The notes beneath the pieces are model-generated. The model made no database searches. It was not told the DNA's origin and saw only the letters and a list, made by a program, of their open reading frames with translations. Positions 50,807 to 60,508 of a DNA stretch of 64,000 nt are shown piece by piece. The stretch is from Armatimonadota bacterium. Its GTDB lineage: Bacteria; Armatimonadota; UBA5829. The position numbers and the translations under genes are program-made. The stretch spans positions 13,527 through 77,526 of the forward strand of contig JBPOHN010000024.1 of assembly GCA_052035525.1 (NCBI GenBank), in the 5' to 3' direction. Positions within the stretch are counted from its first letter, which is position 1. Each line of letters starts with the position of its first letter.

Positions 50807-52030
50807 TCAGCTCTTCGGCTCCGTAATCGCCCCCAGGAACAACACCGTGCCCGTAACATCATCGCGTATTGCGAACATGAACGGCCGATCGACCACCATC
50901 TTCACCACCTGCGGGCCGGGCATGGCAGTCGCCCTCATTCCTACAGACGTTGCCGCCGCGGCAACAGTGCCCTGCTCATCCACCTCTACAACAGCCTTGT
51001 GCACAACCTCACCGATGAACACATTCGGCGTGGGCGGAATCGGCGCCATCGCCGTGAAATCAGCCCTCAGGGGATCGAACGCGACGCTCATGCCGAGCGT
51101 AGACAGGGCGCCTTTCGCCTCAGTCCGGTACTCCGCCTTGAACTTGGGCATCCGCAACTCGACCTCAGTAGTACGGCCCTTCGCCTGCCGAATCCATTCG
51201 TTCCAGTTCGCCGGAGTCAACTGCTTGTAAAGCTCGCCCGGGCTGGACTCCTTCGCCGGCAGCAGCACGTACATCCCCAGCCGCGCGTTATCTCCGTAGT
51301 TGAGCTTAATCAGCTGAAACGTTTGGCCCTTGTAGTACTCGAAGTCACCCTCGCGGAACATCATGGGGACCTTCGTCACCTTGCCGCTGCCGAGGGTGAA
51401 ATCGTGCGGCTTCGTCAGCTTCGGGTCGAACGGAACGGTCCACTTGCCGTTGAAGTAGACTGCGTTCACGAGATAGAGCACCGACTGCGGGTCGATCCGG
51501 TCGATTATCCTCGTGATCTTCCCGCGTGTCTTGTCGCTCACCCAGGAGTTGATCCTGTCCACCGCGTCCGGGGAGTTGAACTGCAGGGCGGCGATCTCCG
51601 CCTGATAGAACTCCCTGTTGCGGTTCAGAAACTCCGGCTTGAACTGGACACCGGCGCGGCCCCACAGCGAGTTGGCGATCGATATCTCGACTCCCGGCCC
51701 CGGCTGAGCGAGGCTCTGCATAAGCGCTCGATTGCCCGCGTTGACCTCGTCCAGAGAGATACTCGTATAGCCGAGCGTCCTGGCCATTGCGGTCTTGGTC
51801 GTCCCGCCGGCCCCGTTGTAGGTCATGGATAGCGCGACTGCGACGCTGCTCGGCGACATAACCACGTTCTTGCCGCCGCTCGTTCGCACAAACTGCTTGA
51901 ACAGGTTGAACCCGAACTGAGTATGCGCCGCAACCACTCTCGGATCCACCGGCTTAGCGCCCTGTCCCTGGGCAAAGGCAACCGACGAGACTAGCGCCAG
52001 AATCACTGATAGACATCCTACTCGCCACAT
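50807..52030 (-). CDS. serpin-family serine protease inhibitor (secreted), paralog with divergent and longer reactive-centre loop
   Basis: Signal peptide MWRVGCLSVILALVSSVAFAQG, hinge EQGTVAAAATSVGMRATAMPGPQVVKMVVDRPF, and the same C-terminal LFLGAITEPKS. Confidence 0.8.
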   Translation of the reverse strand: MWRVGCLSVILALVSSVAFAQGQGAKPVDPRVVAAHTQFGFNLFKQFVRTSGGKNVVMSPSSVAVALSMTYNGAGGTTKTAMARTLGYTSISLDEVNAGNRALMQSLAQPGPGVEISIANSLWGRAGVQFKPEFLNRNREFYQAEIAALQFNSPDAVDRINSWVSDKTRGKITRIIDRIDPQSVLYLVNAVYFNGKWTVPFDPKLTKPHDFTLGSGKVTKVPMMFREGDFEYYKGQTFQLIKLNYGDNARLGMYVLLPAKESSPGELYKQLTPANWNEWIRQAKGRTTEVELRMPKFKAEYRTEAKGALSTLGMSVAFDPLRADFTAMAPIPPTPNVFIGEVVHKAVVEVDEQGTVAAAATSVGMRATAMPGPQVVKMVVDRPFMFAIRDDVTGTVLFLGAITEPKS

Positions 52031-52139
52031 GACTCGACACCTCCGTTAGACCTTTGACTGTCATCCGTCGACTCCCAAACAAAAAGGGGAAGACGGAATC
52101 CTCCATCCTCCCCTGCGGAAACGCAACAGGAACTCGGGC

Positions 52140-52394
52140 CTAAGAAGCCGGGTAAACGCTGACTTTCCTCTTGCCACCCAGGACCTCGAACTTGACGAGC
52201 CCATCGATCTTCGAGTAAAGCGTGTCATCTTTGCCGATGCCGACGTTGACTCCCGGGTGAAGCGGGGTTCCGCGCTGCCGGACAAGGATGCTGCCTGCCG
52301 TCACGACCTCGCCGCCGAACTCCTTAACGCCGAGTCTCTTCGGGTTGCTATCCCGACCGTTTCTAGTACTACCTAAACCTTTTTTATGCGCCAT
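52140..52394 (-). CDS. rpmA: 50S ribosomal protein L27
   Basis: [24 protein letters not shown]... Confidence 0.9.
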   Translation of the reverse strand: MAHKKGLGSTRNGRDSNPKRLGVKEFGGEVVTAGSILVRQRGTPLHPGVNVGIGKDDTLYSKIDGLVKFEVLGGKRKVSVYPAS

Positions 52395-52410
52395 ATCTTA
52401 TAGTACCCCT

Positions 52411-52722
52411 CTAGGCCTTTATCTTCTCTATTGAGACAGACGTGAGCTTCTGTCTGTGCCCGTAACGTCTGTGGATGTTCTTCTTGGGCTTGTAAGTGAA
52501 TCCGTTGATCTTGCGGCCCAGGTAGTGCCGGGTGACCTTACCCACCACTGAGGCCCCCTGCACGAGCGGAGAACCGATCTTCACTCCCTTATCGCTGCTG
52601 ACCATCAGCACCTCGTTGAGAACGACTTCCTCGCCCTCCGATGCCGCCAGCCTGTTGACCTCGATGATGTCATTCTCGGCAACCTTGAACTGCTTGCCGC
52701 CAGCCTTAACTATGGCGTACAC
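52411..52722 (-). CDS. rplU: 50S ribosomal protein L21
   Basis: [22 protein letters not shown]... GTG start with GGGGG Shine-Dalgarno 6 nt upstream. Confidence 0.9.
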   Translation of the reverse strand: MYAIVKAGGKQFKVAENDIIEVNRLAASEGEEVVLNEVLMVSSDKGVKIGSPLVQGASVVGKVTRHYLGRKINGFTYKPKKNIHRRYGHRQKLTSVSIEKIKA

Positions 52723-52841
52723 TTAGAACCCCCAAAACGACAGTTATGTAAGGGGCACCGGATCAAATCCAGTGCCCCCATGAGACACTAACCCCATATC
52801 TTATCACGCACAAGCGGCCTTGTCAATACTTGTGTGACTCG

Positions 52842-52898
52842 CCACGTGGCTGTGGTATAATTGCGGATACCTGCCAGTCTATTATACCACAGACGTGG
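52842..52898. promoter_or_regulatory. symmetric palindrome carrying outward-reading extended -10 boxes (TGGTATAAT on each strand) between rplU and zupT
   Basis: ccacgtggctgtggtataat-N19-attataccacagacgtgg. The left arm gives TGGTATAAT on the + strand toward zupT. The right arm gives the same on the minus strand toward rplU. The left end gccacgtggc is itself a perfect 10-bp palindrome. Confidence 0.4.
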
Positions 52899-52919
52899 AG
52901 CGCCTCGGTGGGTGCGTGA

Positions 52920-53741
52920 ATGGACAACTTCTGGATTGCGTTAGGTCTTACGGCATTCGCCGGGCTCTCGACAGGTGTTGGCAGCGCCATTGCGTTCTTC
53001 TCCGAGCGCACCAACTACCGCTTCCTTTCGGTCGCCACCGGCTTCTCCGCCGGTGTCATGCTCTACGTCTCGTTCACGGAGATCCTCAGCAAGGCCGGCG
53101 CCTGGCTTCGCGACGACTACAGCGCCAGACTGAGCAACTGGCTCGTAGCGGCGTTCTTCTTCGCCGGAATCCTGTTCATCTTCCTCATAGACCACTTCGT
53201 CCCGTCCGCAGAGAACCCGCACGAGATCCGACGACGTGATGAAGTCGAGGAGCTTCACGAACATGAAGGCCCCGGCGCCCATCAGAAGAACAGGCTGATG
53301 CGAATGGGCACGTTTACAGCGCTCGCCATCGCCATCCACAACTTCCCGGAGGGGCTCGCAACGTTTCTAGCGGCCCTTGAGGATCCGGCTGTCGGCAGCG
53401 CCATCGCCGTTGCCATCGCGCTGCACAACATCCCCGAAGGGATAAGCGTAGCAGTGCCCATCTACTACGCTTCCGGCAGCAGACGGTCCGCGTTTTCCTG
53501 GTCGCTTCTATCGGGGCTTGCCGAACCCGCAGGAGCCGTCCTCGGCTATCTGATACTCCTGCCAATACTCTCAAATGGCGTCACCGGAGCAATGTTTGCC
53601 GCCGTCGCCGGGATCATGGTCTACATCTCGCTCGACGAACTGCTGCCGGCATCCCGAGCCTACGGGAAAGGCCATGACTCCATCTACGGCCTGCTCTCCG
53701 GCATGATCGTCATCGCCCTCAGCCTGCTTCTGATGCAGTAG
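52920..53741 (+). CDS. zupT: ZIP-family zinc transporter ZupT
   Basis: 273 aa with 8 TM segments and [12 protein letters not shown] / [12 protein letters not shown] (duplicated HNxPEG ZIP motifs). Confidence 0.8.
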   Translation: MDNFWIALGLTAFAGLSTGVGSAIAFFSERTNYRFLSVATGFSAGVMLYVSFTEILSKAGAWLRDDYSARLSNWLVAAFFFAGILFIFLIDHFVPSAENPHEIRRRDEVEELHEHEGPGAHQKNRLMRMGTFTALAIAIHNFPEGLATFLAALEDPAVGSAIAVAIALHNIPEGISVAVPIYYASGSRRSAFSWSLLSGLAEPAGAVLGYLILLPILSNGVTGAMFAAVAGIMVYISLDELLPASRAYGKGHDSIYGLLSGMIVIALSLLLMQ

Positions 53742-54039
53742 CCGTGGCGCTGCGGTTGAAACCACGGCAGCGAAGGCACGAAGTCGGCCTGCGCCGACTA
53801 GGTGATCGAAGCAGAGCTAGACACGGAACCGCGGATTTGCGGAACCACCGGAGGGACGGAGACAGCCCCGCTGCTGCATTACTGACAACCACTGGATTGC
53901 GCGGGCGTTCGGCTCCGTGGTTCCTTTCCCTGGGTGCTTACGCATTCTCTCTTGCTGGTCTGCACTGGCCGCCTAAGCTTGCGCCCTTGAGGCGGGTTGA
54001 TGCATAATATGCCTAGCACAGCAAGATAGGAGTCACGTA

Positions 54040-55323
54040 ATGAAGCGAACTGCCGTAATGCTTGCGCTGATCCTCGTCCTCGCGCTCAACTGTCCCGCTT
54101 TGCTACTTGCACAGACCGGAGCTACCGCAACACCGGACCACGTACACCTCACGTGGACCGGGGATCCGGCTACGACTATGACCATCAACTGGCGAACCGA
54201 CGCCACGACCAGGTCAGGCGTAGTCCAGTATGCAAAGGGCACTACGATATCCCCCACCTCGCCGCGAGTGGCCGCCACGTCCAGACCGTTCTCGACCGAT
54301 CTCGGTACGGTTACCATTCATGTGGCGAAGCTGACGAAGCTCTCGCCCAACACTCAGTACAGCTATCGCGTTGGCAACGGCAGTGGAGACTGGAGCCCTA
54401 CTTGCACGTTCACCACGGCCGAAACGAATCCGAGCAAGGTGAAATTCCTCGTCTTCGGCGACAGCCAGAGCCCGCCCGGTGGAGATGCGCCCTACGGCGT
54501 CTGGAAGACCACGCTTCACAACGCCTTCAAAGCCAATCCGGACGCCAGGTTCTTCATGAACTGCGGCGATCTTGTAGACGTGGGAAACAACTACGCCCAC
54601 TGGAATGGCTGGTTTTCGGCAGCGGCAGGCGTCGCTGACAGGATCCCGATAATGCCCGTCGTCGGCAACCACGAAACAACCCCTGCCGCGCCTACGAGAC
54701 GGCCGCATTATTGGGTCGCCCAGTTCGCGCTGCCACAGAACGGTCCGGATGGTCTGAAGACGCAGGTCTACTCCTACGACTACGGCCCTGTGCACATCAC
54801 CGTGCTCGATAGCCAGCACGCTGAGCAGAAGTCGGCCGGGGAGGTCTTCGGCCCGCAGCAGCCCTGGCTTAGGGCCGACCTGGCGGCGGCATCGAAGGCC
54901 ACCTGGAAGCTTGCTTTCTTCCACAAGCCGCCCTATGAGGTCCACCCGACCAGGTCCGGCAAGCAGGTGCGAGACGCGTTCTGTCCTATCCTCGAGGCAG
55001 GGAAAGTGGATCTCGTCTTCAATGGACACGATCATGGCATTGCGCGCACGTATCCGATCAGGAACGAGAACATGAAGCGGAAGCCGTCGGAGGGTATCAT
55101 TTACTGCATGGTTGGGCGCAGCGGCACGAAGGCCTACTCGAACATCGTCAAGATGCCCTGGAACACGTTCTTCAAGAGCCCGCTGGACCAGCCCAACTAC
55201 CAGGTGGTCGAGATCGAAGGCAAGAAGCTGACGGTGAAGGTCTTCAAGCAGGACGGCACGCCAATCACCAGCTTCTACATCGACAAGGGAAAGGACGTCT
55301 ACTCCGACTGCGTCTCTGATTAG
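54040..55323 (+). CDS. secreted purple-acid-phosphatase-like metallophosphoesterase (FN3-like N-domain plus calcineurin-like domain)
   Basis: Signal peptide. FGDSQS, CGDLVDVGNNY, VVGNHE, FFHKPPY and NGHDHGIAR are the metallophosphatase motif series. Confidence 0.7.
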   Translation: MKRTAVMLALILVLALNCPALLLAQTGATATPDHVHLTWTGDPATTMTINWRTDATTRSGVVQYAKGTTISPTSPRVAATSRPFSTDLGTVTIHVAKLTKLSPNTQYSYRVGNGSGDWSPTCTFTTAETNPSKVKFLVFGDSQSPPGGDAPYGVWKTTLHNAFKANPDARFFMNCGDLVDVGNNYAHWNGWFSAAAGVADRIPIMPVVGNHETTPAAPTRRPHYWVAQFALPQNGPDGLKTQVYSYDYGPVHITVLDSQHAEQKSAGEVFGPQQPWLRADLAAASKATWKLAFFHKPPYEVHPTRSGKQVRDAFCPILEAGKVDLVFNGHDHGIARTYPIRNENMKRKPSEGIIYCMVGRSGTKAYSNIVKMPWNTFFKSPLDQPNYQVVEIEGKKLTVKVFKQDGTPITSFYIDKGKDVYSDCVSD

Positions 55324-55356
55324 GACGATTCGCGACGCGTGTGCCCGGTACGAACT

Positions 55357-55396
55357 AACGGGGCTGCGATTCACCCGCAGCCCCGTTCTCATTTTT
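55357..55396 (+). terminator. rho-independent terminator of the phosphatase gene
   Basis: aacggggctgcg-attcacc-cgcagccccgtt followed by ctcatttttc, 34 bp after the stop. Confidence 0.75.
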
Positions 55397-55433
55397 CATC
55401 CTACGTCTATCTGATTAGCGTCTCCGCGCTTCT

Positions 55434-55487
55434 GATCGTCCGGGGGGTCTCTACCCCGGACGCACGTCCCCGGGCATTCCTGCCCGC
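55434..55487. repeat. third locus of the REP-like element (single copy) between convergent phosphatase and GRE genes
   Basis: gatcgtccggggggtctctaccccggacgcacgtccccgggcattcctgcccgc. The hairpin arms gtccgggg/ccccggac are conserved while the loop has changed. Confidence 0.7.
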
Positions 55488-55529
55488 TCTTACTCTCGCG
55501 CTTTCGCCCTTCCGCGCCTGCACGATTCG

Positions 55530-57659
55530 CTATTCCACACTCCGCATCCAAGCGCTCCCATGTGCCCGCCTGCGCATGATGTCCTTCTGCACTTCGCGGT
55601 CCAGGTAGACGAAGTAGGCCGAGAACCCGCTGACCCGAACGACGAGGTTACCATACCGCTGGGGCTCCTTCTGCGCAGCCTCCAGGGTTGCATTGTCCGT
55701 GAAGTTGAACTGCAGTTCGGGGATACGGTTCTTTACGAAGGCTTTCGTCAGCGCACCGAACCACCGCGCGCCGTCCTCGCTCCTGAACTGCGCAGGATCG
55801 AACCTCATATTAATGACGCTGCCGGTAAGTACCCTGTGATAGTCGGGCTTGGCGACCGAGTTCAGAAACGCGGTGGGGCCATGCACGTCGCGGCCGAAAT
55901 ACGGGCTCGCCGCGTCCGACAACGGAGTAAACGCCCGCCGGCCATCCGGTGTCGCGCCGACCTCTCTACCCGCGGGAATGTTGGATATGTTCGCCGCCAT
56001 CGCAGAGACGAACCGGCCGCCGCCAAGTATCTCGTGTTTCAGGCACTCGCGGCTTGCCCAATCCACAAGCTCCACCGCGATCGAGTCCACGGACTCATCA
56101 TCATTGCCATACTTCGGCGCCTTGCGCTCCAGCATCAGCCGCAGAGGCTCATCGTCCCGGAAATCAGCGTCCAGCGCCGACATCAGCCGCGGCAGCGTCA
56201 CCTTCCGCTCCTCGAACACCAGCTTCTTCAACGCCGCCAGGGAGTCCGCCGTCGTTGCCAGCCCCATCAGGCATATCCCGTGGAACCGCTTGAACTCCGC
56301 CCCGCCATCGTTGATATCGCGGGCTCGGCCGATGCAGTCCCGCGTCAGCGCCGAAAGAAACGGGTCAGGAAACCGATCGGCAGGAAACGCCGCTATGTGA
56401 TGATTGATGTCCTTCGCGTGCTGAGCGATTGCTTTGCTCATCTGCGCTAGAAACGCCTCGAAAACCTGCTCGTAGGTCACATCCGCCTGCGTCCGCAGGT
56501 CGTTCAGTGCCGTCATCAACTGCAGCGGCATGTTGAACCTGCTATCGGACCACGCCTGCTGCCGCCCGGCGAGCATCGTCTCGATGCAGCCCACCATACA
56601 GTAATCCCTCGCCACCTGCGGCGCAATTCCGATCTCCTCGAGTCCTTCCAGCAGCACGTGATCGTTGAATATGGCCGGAAATCCGACCCCGGTGCGAATC
56701 ACCCCGAAACACGCCCGGTGGAAATCGGCTGGGCTGCCATCGTGGAAACGGGCTGAGAGGTTCGTTGACGGCGACTGCACCAACCGTGTCGCATCCAGGC
56801 ACAGATAGGACAGCTCGTTCGTCGCATCGGCCCCGTCGGGAGTAAGCCCGCCGATGCAGATGTTCGTTACCTCGCCGATCTCCTCGATATGCGACCACAA
56901 GTGACAGAGCAGTTCCCGCGCCTGCTCCCGCGCAATCCGGTTCGCCGCCAAGTCCCGCTTGAAGAAAGGCCACAGATACTGGTCCAGCCGGCCCAGCGCC
57001 ATCGCATATCTCCCCTCGCTGGAGAACGCGATATTTGTCAGCCATACGAGCTGCATAGCCTCGTGAAGCGTCTCCGGCGGGTCGAGCGCTATCCGCTCCA
57101 GCACCTCGGCCAGATCCTTGCGACCACACCCTCTGGCCGCGGCCGCGTGCCGTTTGATGAAATCAGAAAAAGCCTCGATTACGATCGACATCGACTTGAG
57201 GCATGTCTGCTCGCTCTCACCCTTGTGCCGGGACTGCGAGTCCCGAATACGCGCAAGCAGGCCCTTTATGCCAACCGACAGCAGCGTCGGGTAGTCCGCC
57301 AGCGAATGGTCCCAACCAGCCAGGAAATCACGCTGCCCGCGCCGGTTGTGCTCCTGCACCAGCGCATCGTAGTCAACCTGCACAACACCCTCCGGAAGCT
57401 CATTTGCGAACCAGCCGCGCCTGCTGCCGCAGATAAGCTCGCCACGGTAGAGATGAACCGGCGTCGAGAGCAGTACTTTGCGAAACGCCTGCGCCCGCAC
57501 GATAGGCTCGGGCTCGTCCGCGTGCTCCCGGTACGCCAGCGCGCGCCAGTAGGGCCGCATGTCCAGCCGAAATGGCTGTGACTTTGCCTGCCGCACCTGC
57601 TCCAACACCCGCCTGTAGGAGCCGTCTCCTGAGGGCAATCCGCTATGTTGTGAAGACAC
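55530..57659 (-). CDS. glycyl radical enzyme, PFL2/glycerol-dehydratase-like; short (709 aa)
   Basis: Catalytic Cys loop DYCMVGCIETMLAG and the C-terminal glycine-radical motif VVRVSGFSAYFVYLD. The start overlaps the ADH stop by 17 nt. Confidence 0.7.
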   Translation of the reverse strand: MSSQHSGLPSGDGSYRRVLEQVRQAKSQPFRLDMRPYWRALAYREHADEPEPIVRAQAFRKVLLSTPVHLYRGELICGSRRGWFANELPEGVVQVDYDALVQEHNRRGQRDFLAGWDHSLADYPTLLSVGIKGLLARIRDSQSRHKGESEQTCLKSMSIVIEAFSDFIKRHAAAARGCGRKDLAEVLERIALDPPETLHEAMQLVWLTNIAFSSEGRYAMALGRLDQYLWPFFKRDLAANRIAREQARELLCHLWSHIEEIGEVTNICIGGLTPDGADATNELSYLCLDATRLVQSPSTNLSARFHDGSPADFHRACFGVIRTGVGFPAIFNDHVLLEGLEEIGIAPQVARDYCMVGCIETMLAGRQQAWSDSRFNMPLQLMTALNDLRTQADVTYEQVFEAFLAQMSKAIAQHAKDINHHIAAFPADRFPDPFLSALTRDCIGRARDINDGGAEFKRFHGICLMGLATTADSLAALKKLVFEERKVTLPRLMSALDADFRDDEPLRLMLERKAPKYGNDDESVDSIAVELVDWASRECLKHEILGGGRFVSAMAANISNIPAGREVGATPDGRRAFTPLSDAASPYFGRDVHGPTAFLNSVAKPDYHRVLTGSVINMRFDPAQFRSEDGARWFGALTKAFVKNRIPELQFNFTDNATLEAAQKEPQRYGNLVVRVSGFSAYFVYLDREVQKDIMRRRAHGSAWMRSVE

Positions 57660-58758
57660 CCTTGATCACCTCGCCATTGGTGGCGGCCGCCAGGGCTTCG
57701 TTCGCCTGATCGACCCTATACCTGTGCGAAACACACTGCGCGATTGCAGCCTGAGTGTCGGGATATCTCTGCAGAAACTCAAGGTACGCGCCAACATCCG
57801 AAAGCTGATATTGCCCGCTGCCCGTGATCCGAATCGCCTTGAATGTGATCAACTCAGGCTGAATCGAAACCTCGCCGCTCGCTGAATACTGCCCCGGCAC
57901 GAGATACCGCGCGCGGGTGCGCACCAGCTTCAACGCCTCCGGCACCGCTTGCGGAGAACCGCTCGCCTCGATCACGACATCGGCGCCGTCCCCGCGTTCC
58001 ATATCGCCTGCCAGCGCTTTCACCGCATCCACGCGCTCATCGACGGAAGTAGTCCTGTAATCCCACACTTCCTCCGCGCCCAACAGCCATGCCAACTCAG
58101 TCCGGCGCGGGTCTTTGCCCGATCCGATTGCGGCTACCCGGCAGCCCGCGCGCGCGGCATACGCGATGGCAAACAGCCCCAGCGGCCCTGTCCCCTGCAC
58201 GACGACCAATTCCCCGGCAGATAACCCACCGCCGTATTCGCAGGCTCTTATGATCGTCGGGCCCGCGCACGGAAACGCCGCCGCCGCATCCAGCGACAGC
58301 CCATCCGGCACCCTCACCAGGTTCTCAACCGGCGAGAACAGATACTCTCCATATCCGCCCAGGAAGTGCGGCGGTTTGTCCGGATCGGCTACGTACGTAA
58401 CGCCGAAACTGAGGCAGCTTGCGGTCTCGCCCGCCGAGCAGTTGAAGCACTTTCCGCACGGGATTGCCACGCATGCGATAACCGCGTCCCCGACAGCTAT
58501 CGGATTGCCGAGCCCATCGCGCGCACATTCCTCACCCAGAGCCTCTATGCGCCCCACGAACTCGTGCCCGAGCACAAGTGGAGGCGGCACCGCCAGCCGT
58601 CCTTGCGCGATATGCACGTCGGTCCCGCAGATGCCGCTGCGCTCGAGCCTCAGCCGCACCTGCCCGGCCGCCGGCTCGACCACTGGATACTTGCTTATCT
58701 CCATAGGCCGCCCCGGCCCCACAAACACCGCCGCCATTCCAGTCTTAGCTTGATTCAT
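57643..58758 (-). CDS. Zn-dependent medium-chain alcohol dehydrogenase
   Basis: GICGTDVHIAQG (catalytic Zn), a structural-Zn Cys cluster CGKCFNCSAGETASC, and the NAD-binding VVVQGTGPLGL. Confidence 0.8.
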   Translation of the reverse strand: MNQAKTGMAAVFVGPGRPMEISKYPVVEPAAGQVRLRLERSGICGTDVHIAQGRLAVPPPLVLGHEFVGRIEALGEECARDGLGNPIAVGDAVIACVAIPCGKCFNCSAGETASCLSFGVTYVADPDKPPHFLGGYGEYLFSPVENLVRVPDGLSLDAAAAFPCAGPTIIRACEYGGGLSAGELVVVQGTGPLGLFAIAYAARAGCRVAAIGSGKDPRRTELAWLLGAEEVWDYRTTSVDERVDAVKALAGDMERGDGADVVIEASGSPQAVPEALKLVRTRARYLVPGQYSASGEVSIQPELITFKAIRITGSGQYQLSDVGAYLEFLQRYPDTQAAIAQCVSHRYRVDQANEALAAATNGEVIKGVFTT

Positions 58759-58878
58759 GCCCGCATGTTACCTCCATACCGCCCGCTTGTCTACTGCCCC
58801 AGATTCGTCCGAGAGATGCATCTCAAATCTTGCATTATCCGGCTTTCGCGCTTTCGCGTTTCCCTTTCTCTTCCGCCC

Positions 58879-58908
58879 TTGACGCGCCCGCCTGCTGGGG
58901 TGTATAAC
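58879..58908 (+). promoter_or_regulatory. sigma70-like promoter of the sulfatase gene
   Basis: TTGACG-N18-TATAAC, with the -10 ending 22 nt before the ATG. GGGGGA Shine-Dalgarno at -12 to -7. Confidence 0.4.
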
Positions 58909-58930
58909 CTACTCATCGGGGGATGCGACT

Positions 58931-60481
58931 ATGGCTACACGCAGGGAGTTCCTGAGGCTGATGGCAGCGGGCTCCGCTGGGCTGGCATTGGCGGGAAGCA
59001 GCGCTCTCGCGGAGGACGCGGTGAACGAGAAGACCAAACCCAACATTCTCCTTCTGATGACGGACCAGCACCGCGCGGACTGCCTAGGCTGCGACGGCAA
59101 CAAGGTTATCAGGACACCCAACTACGACCGCATCGCAAGCGAAGGCATCCGATTCACGCAAGCCTACTCATCAACCCCATCCTGCACACCCGCCCGCGCA
59201 GGGCTCCTCACCGGCCTCTCTCCCTGGCATCACGGACAGATAGGCTACGGTCAGATCGCCGAACGCTATCCCTTTGAAATGCCGCGTGCGCTTCACGACG
59301 CCGGGTACTCCACGTTCGCCATAGGCAAGCTGCACTACTCTCCCCAGCGCAACTATCACGGCTTTGATGGCGCGCTTCTCGATGAATCGGGCCGCGTACA
59401 GAGCGAGGGCTTCATAAGCGACTACCGCAAGTGGTTCAAAGAGCAGGCTCCCGACAAAGATCCGGACGCGACCGGTATCGGCTGGAACGACTACCGCTCC
59501 GCAGTCTACGCCCTTCCCGAGGAGCTTCATCCGACGCGCTGGACAGGCCTTATGGCCACAACATTCATCAAGGACTACAAGCGCAAGGAACCGTTTTTCC
59601 TCAAGGTCTCCTTCGCCCGGCCACACAGCCCCTACGACGCGCCGAAGCGGTTCCGGGATATGTATAAGACCTCGGACATGCCGGCGCCGCGCGTGGGCAA
59701 ATGGGCCGCGAAATACGCGAAGGGCAACAAAGAGAACTTCAACTCCTGGCACGGCGACTTCGGAGTCGATCAGGCACGGGATTCGCGGCACGGCTACTAC
59801 GGCAACGTCACCTTCATCGACGAGCAGATCGGCCACATCCTAAGAGCGCTCAAGGATCGCGGCATGCTCGATAACACGCTCATCCTCTGCACAGCCGACC
59901 ACGGAGACATGCTGGGCGACCACCACCTATGGCGCAAGACTTACGCCTACGACGGCTCCGCGCGGATTCCCATGCTCGTGCGGTGGCCAAAGAGCATGGG
60001 CATGGAAGCAAGAAGAGGAACGACCTCTGATCTGCCGGTCGAATTGCGAGACGTGCTGCCAACGTTCCTCGATGCGGCGAGCGTGAAGGCGCCGGTCAAA
60101 CTCGACGGTACAAGCTTGCTCGACATCGTTCGCGGCAGGACTGACGGCTGGCGCGAGTTCATCGACCTGGAACACGATGTCTGCTACTCGCAGGAAAACC
60201 ACTGGAATGCCCTCACGGACGGCCACTGGAAGTATATCTACCACGCCTTCGACGGCCACCAGCAGTTGTTCAATCTCGATAAGGACCCCGGCGAACTCGA
60301 CGATCTCGCCGCAGACCACAGGCACGCTGATGAGCTAATGAAGTGGCGTCAGCGCATGGTGAGACACCTTGAGGAGCGGGGAGAACCGTTTGTTCGCAAC
60401 GGCGACCTGGCCCCACGCCCGAGGAAAATGCTCTACTCGCCCAACTACCCTGGACGGCCACCCGAGGTTGCCGACAGGTAA
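58931..60481 (+). CDS. Tat-exported Cys-type sulfatase
   Basis: MATRREFLRLMAAGSAGLALAGSSALA (twin-arginine signal). SCTPARAGLLTG is the C-x-P-x-R formylglycine target motif. LLLMTDQHR is the metal-binding start. Confidence 0.8.
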   Translation: MATRREFLRLMAAGSAGLALAGSSALAEDAVNEKTKPNILLLMTDQHRADCLGCDGNKVIRTPNYDRIASEGIRFTQAYSSTPSCTPARAGLLTGLSPWHHGQIGYGQIAERYPFEMPRALHDAGYSTFAIGKLHYSPQRNYHGFDGALLDESGRVQSEGFISDYRKWFKEQAPDKDPDATGIGWNDYRSAVYALPEELHPTRWTGLMATTFIKDYKRKEPFFLKVSFARPHSPYDAPKRFRDMYKTSDMPAPRVGKWAAKYAKGNKENFNSWHGDFGVDQARDSRHGYYGNVTFIDEQIGHILRALKDRGMLDNTLILCTADHGDMLGDHHLWRKTYAYDGSARIPMLVRWPKSMGMEARRGTTSDLPVELRDVLPTFLDAASVKAPVKLDGTSLLDIVRGRTDGWREFIDLEHDVCYSQENHWNALTDGHWKYIYHAFDGHQQLFNLDKDPGELDDLAADHRHADELMKWRQRMVRHLEERGEPFVRNGDLAPRPRKMLYSPNYPGRPPEVADR

Positions 60482-60508
60482 CGTTAGGAAAACAAGGGAG
60501 GAAACAGA

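Noticed and set aside
50689-50862. N-terminal 58-codon extension of serpin-1 in the ORF track
   Set aside because: It translates the REP-like element. The true start is the ATG at 50688, followed by a signal peptide.
52753-52785. tRNA-like T-arm (ggatcaaatcc)
   Set aside because: There is no acceptor or D/anticodon arm context. It sits inside the rplU leader and is interpreted as a leader hairpin.
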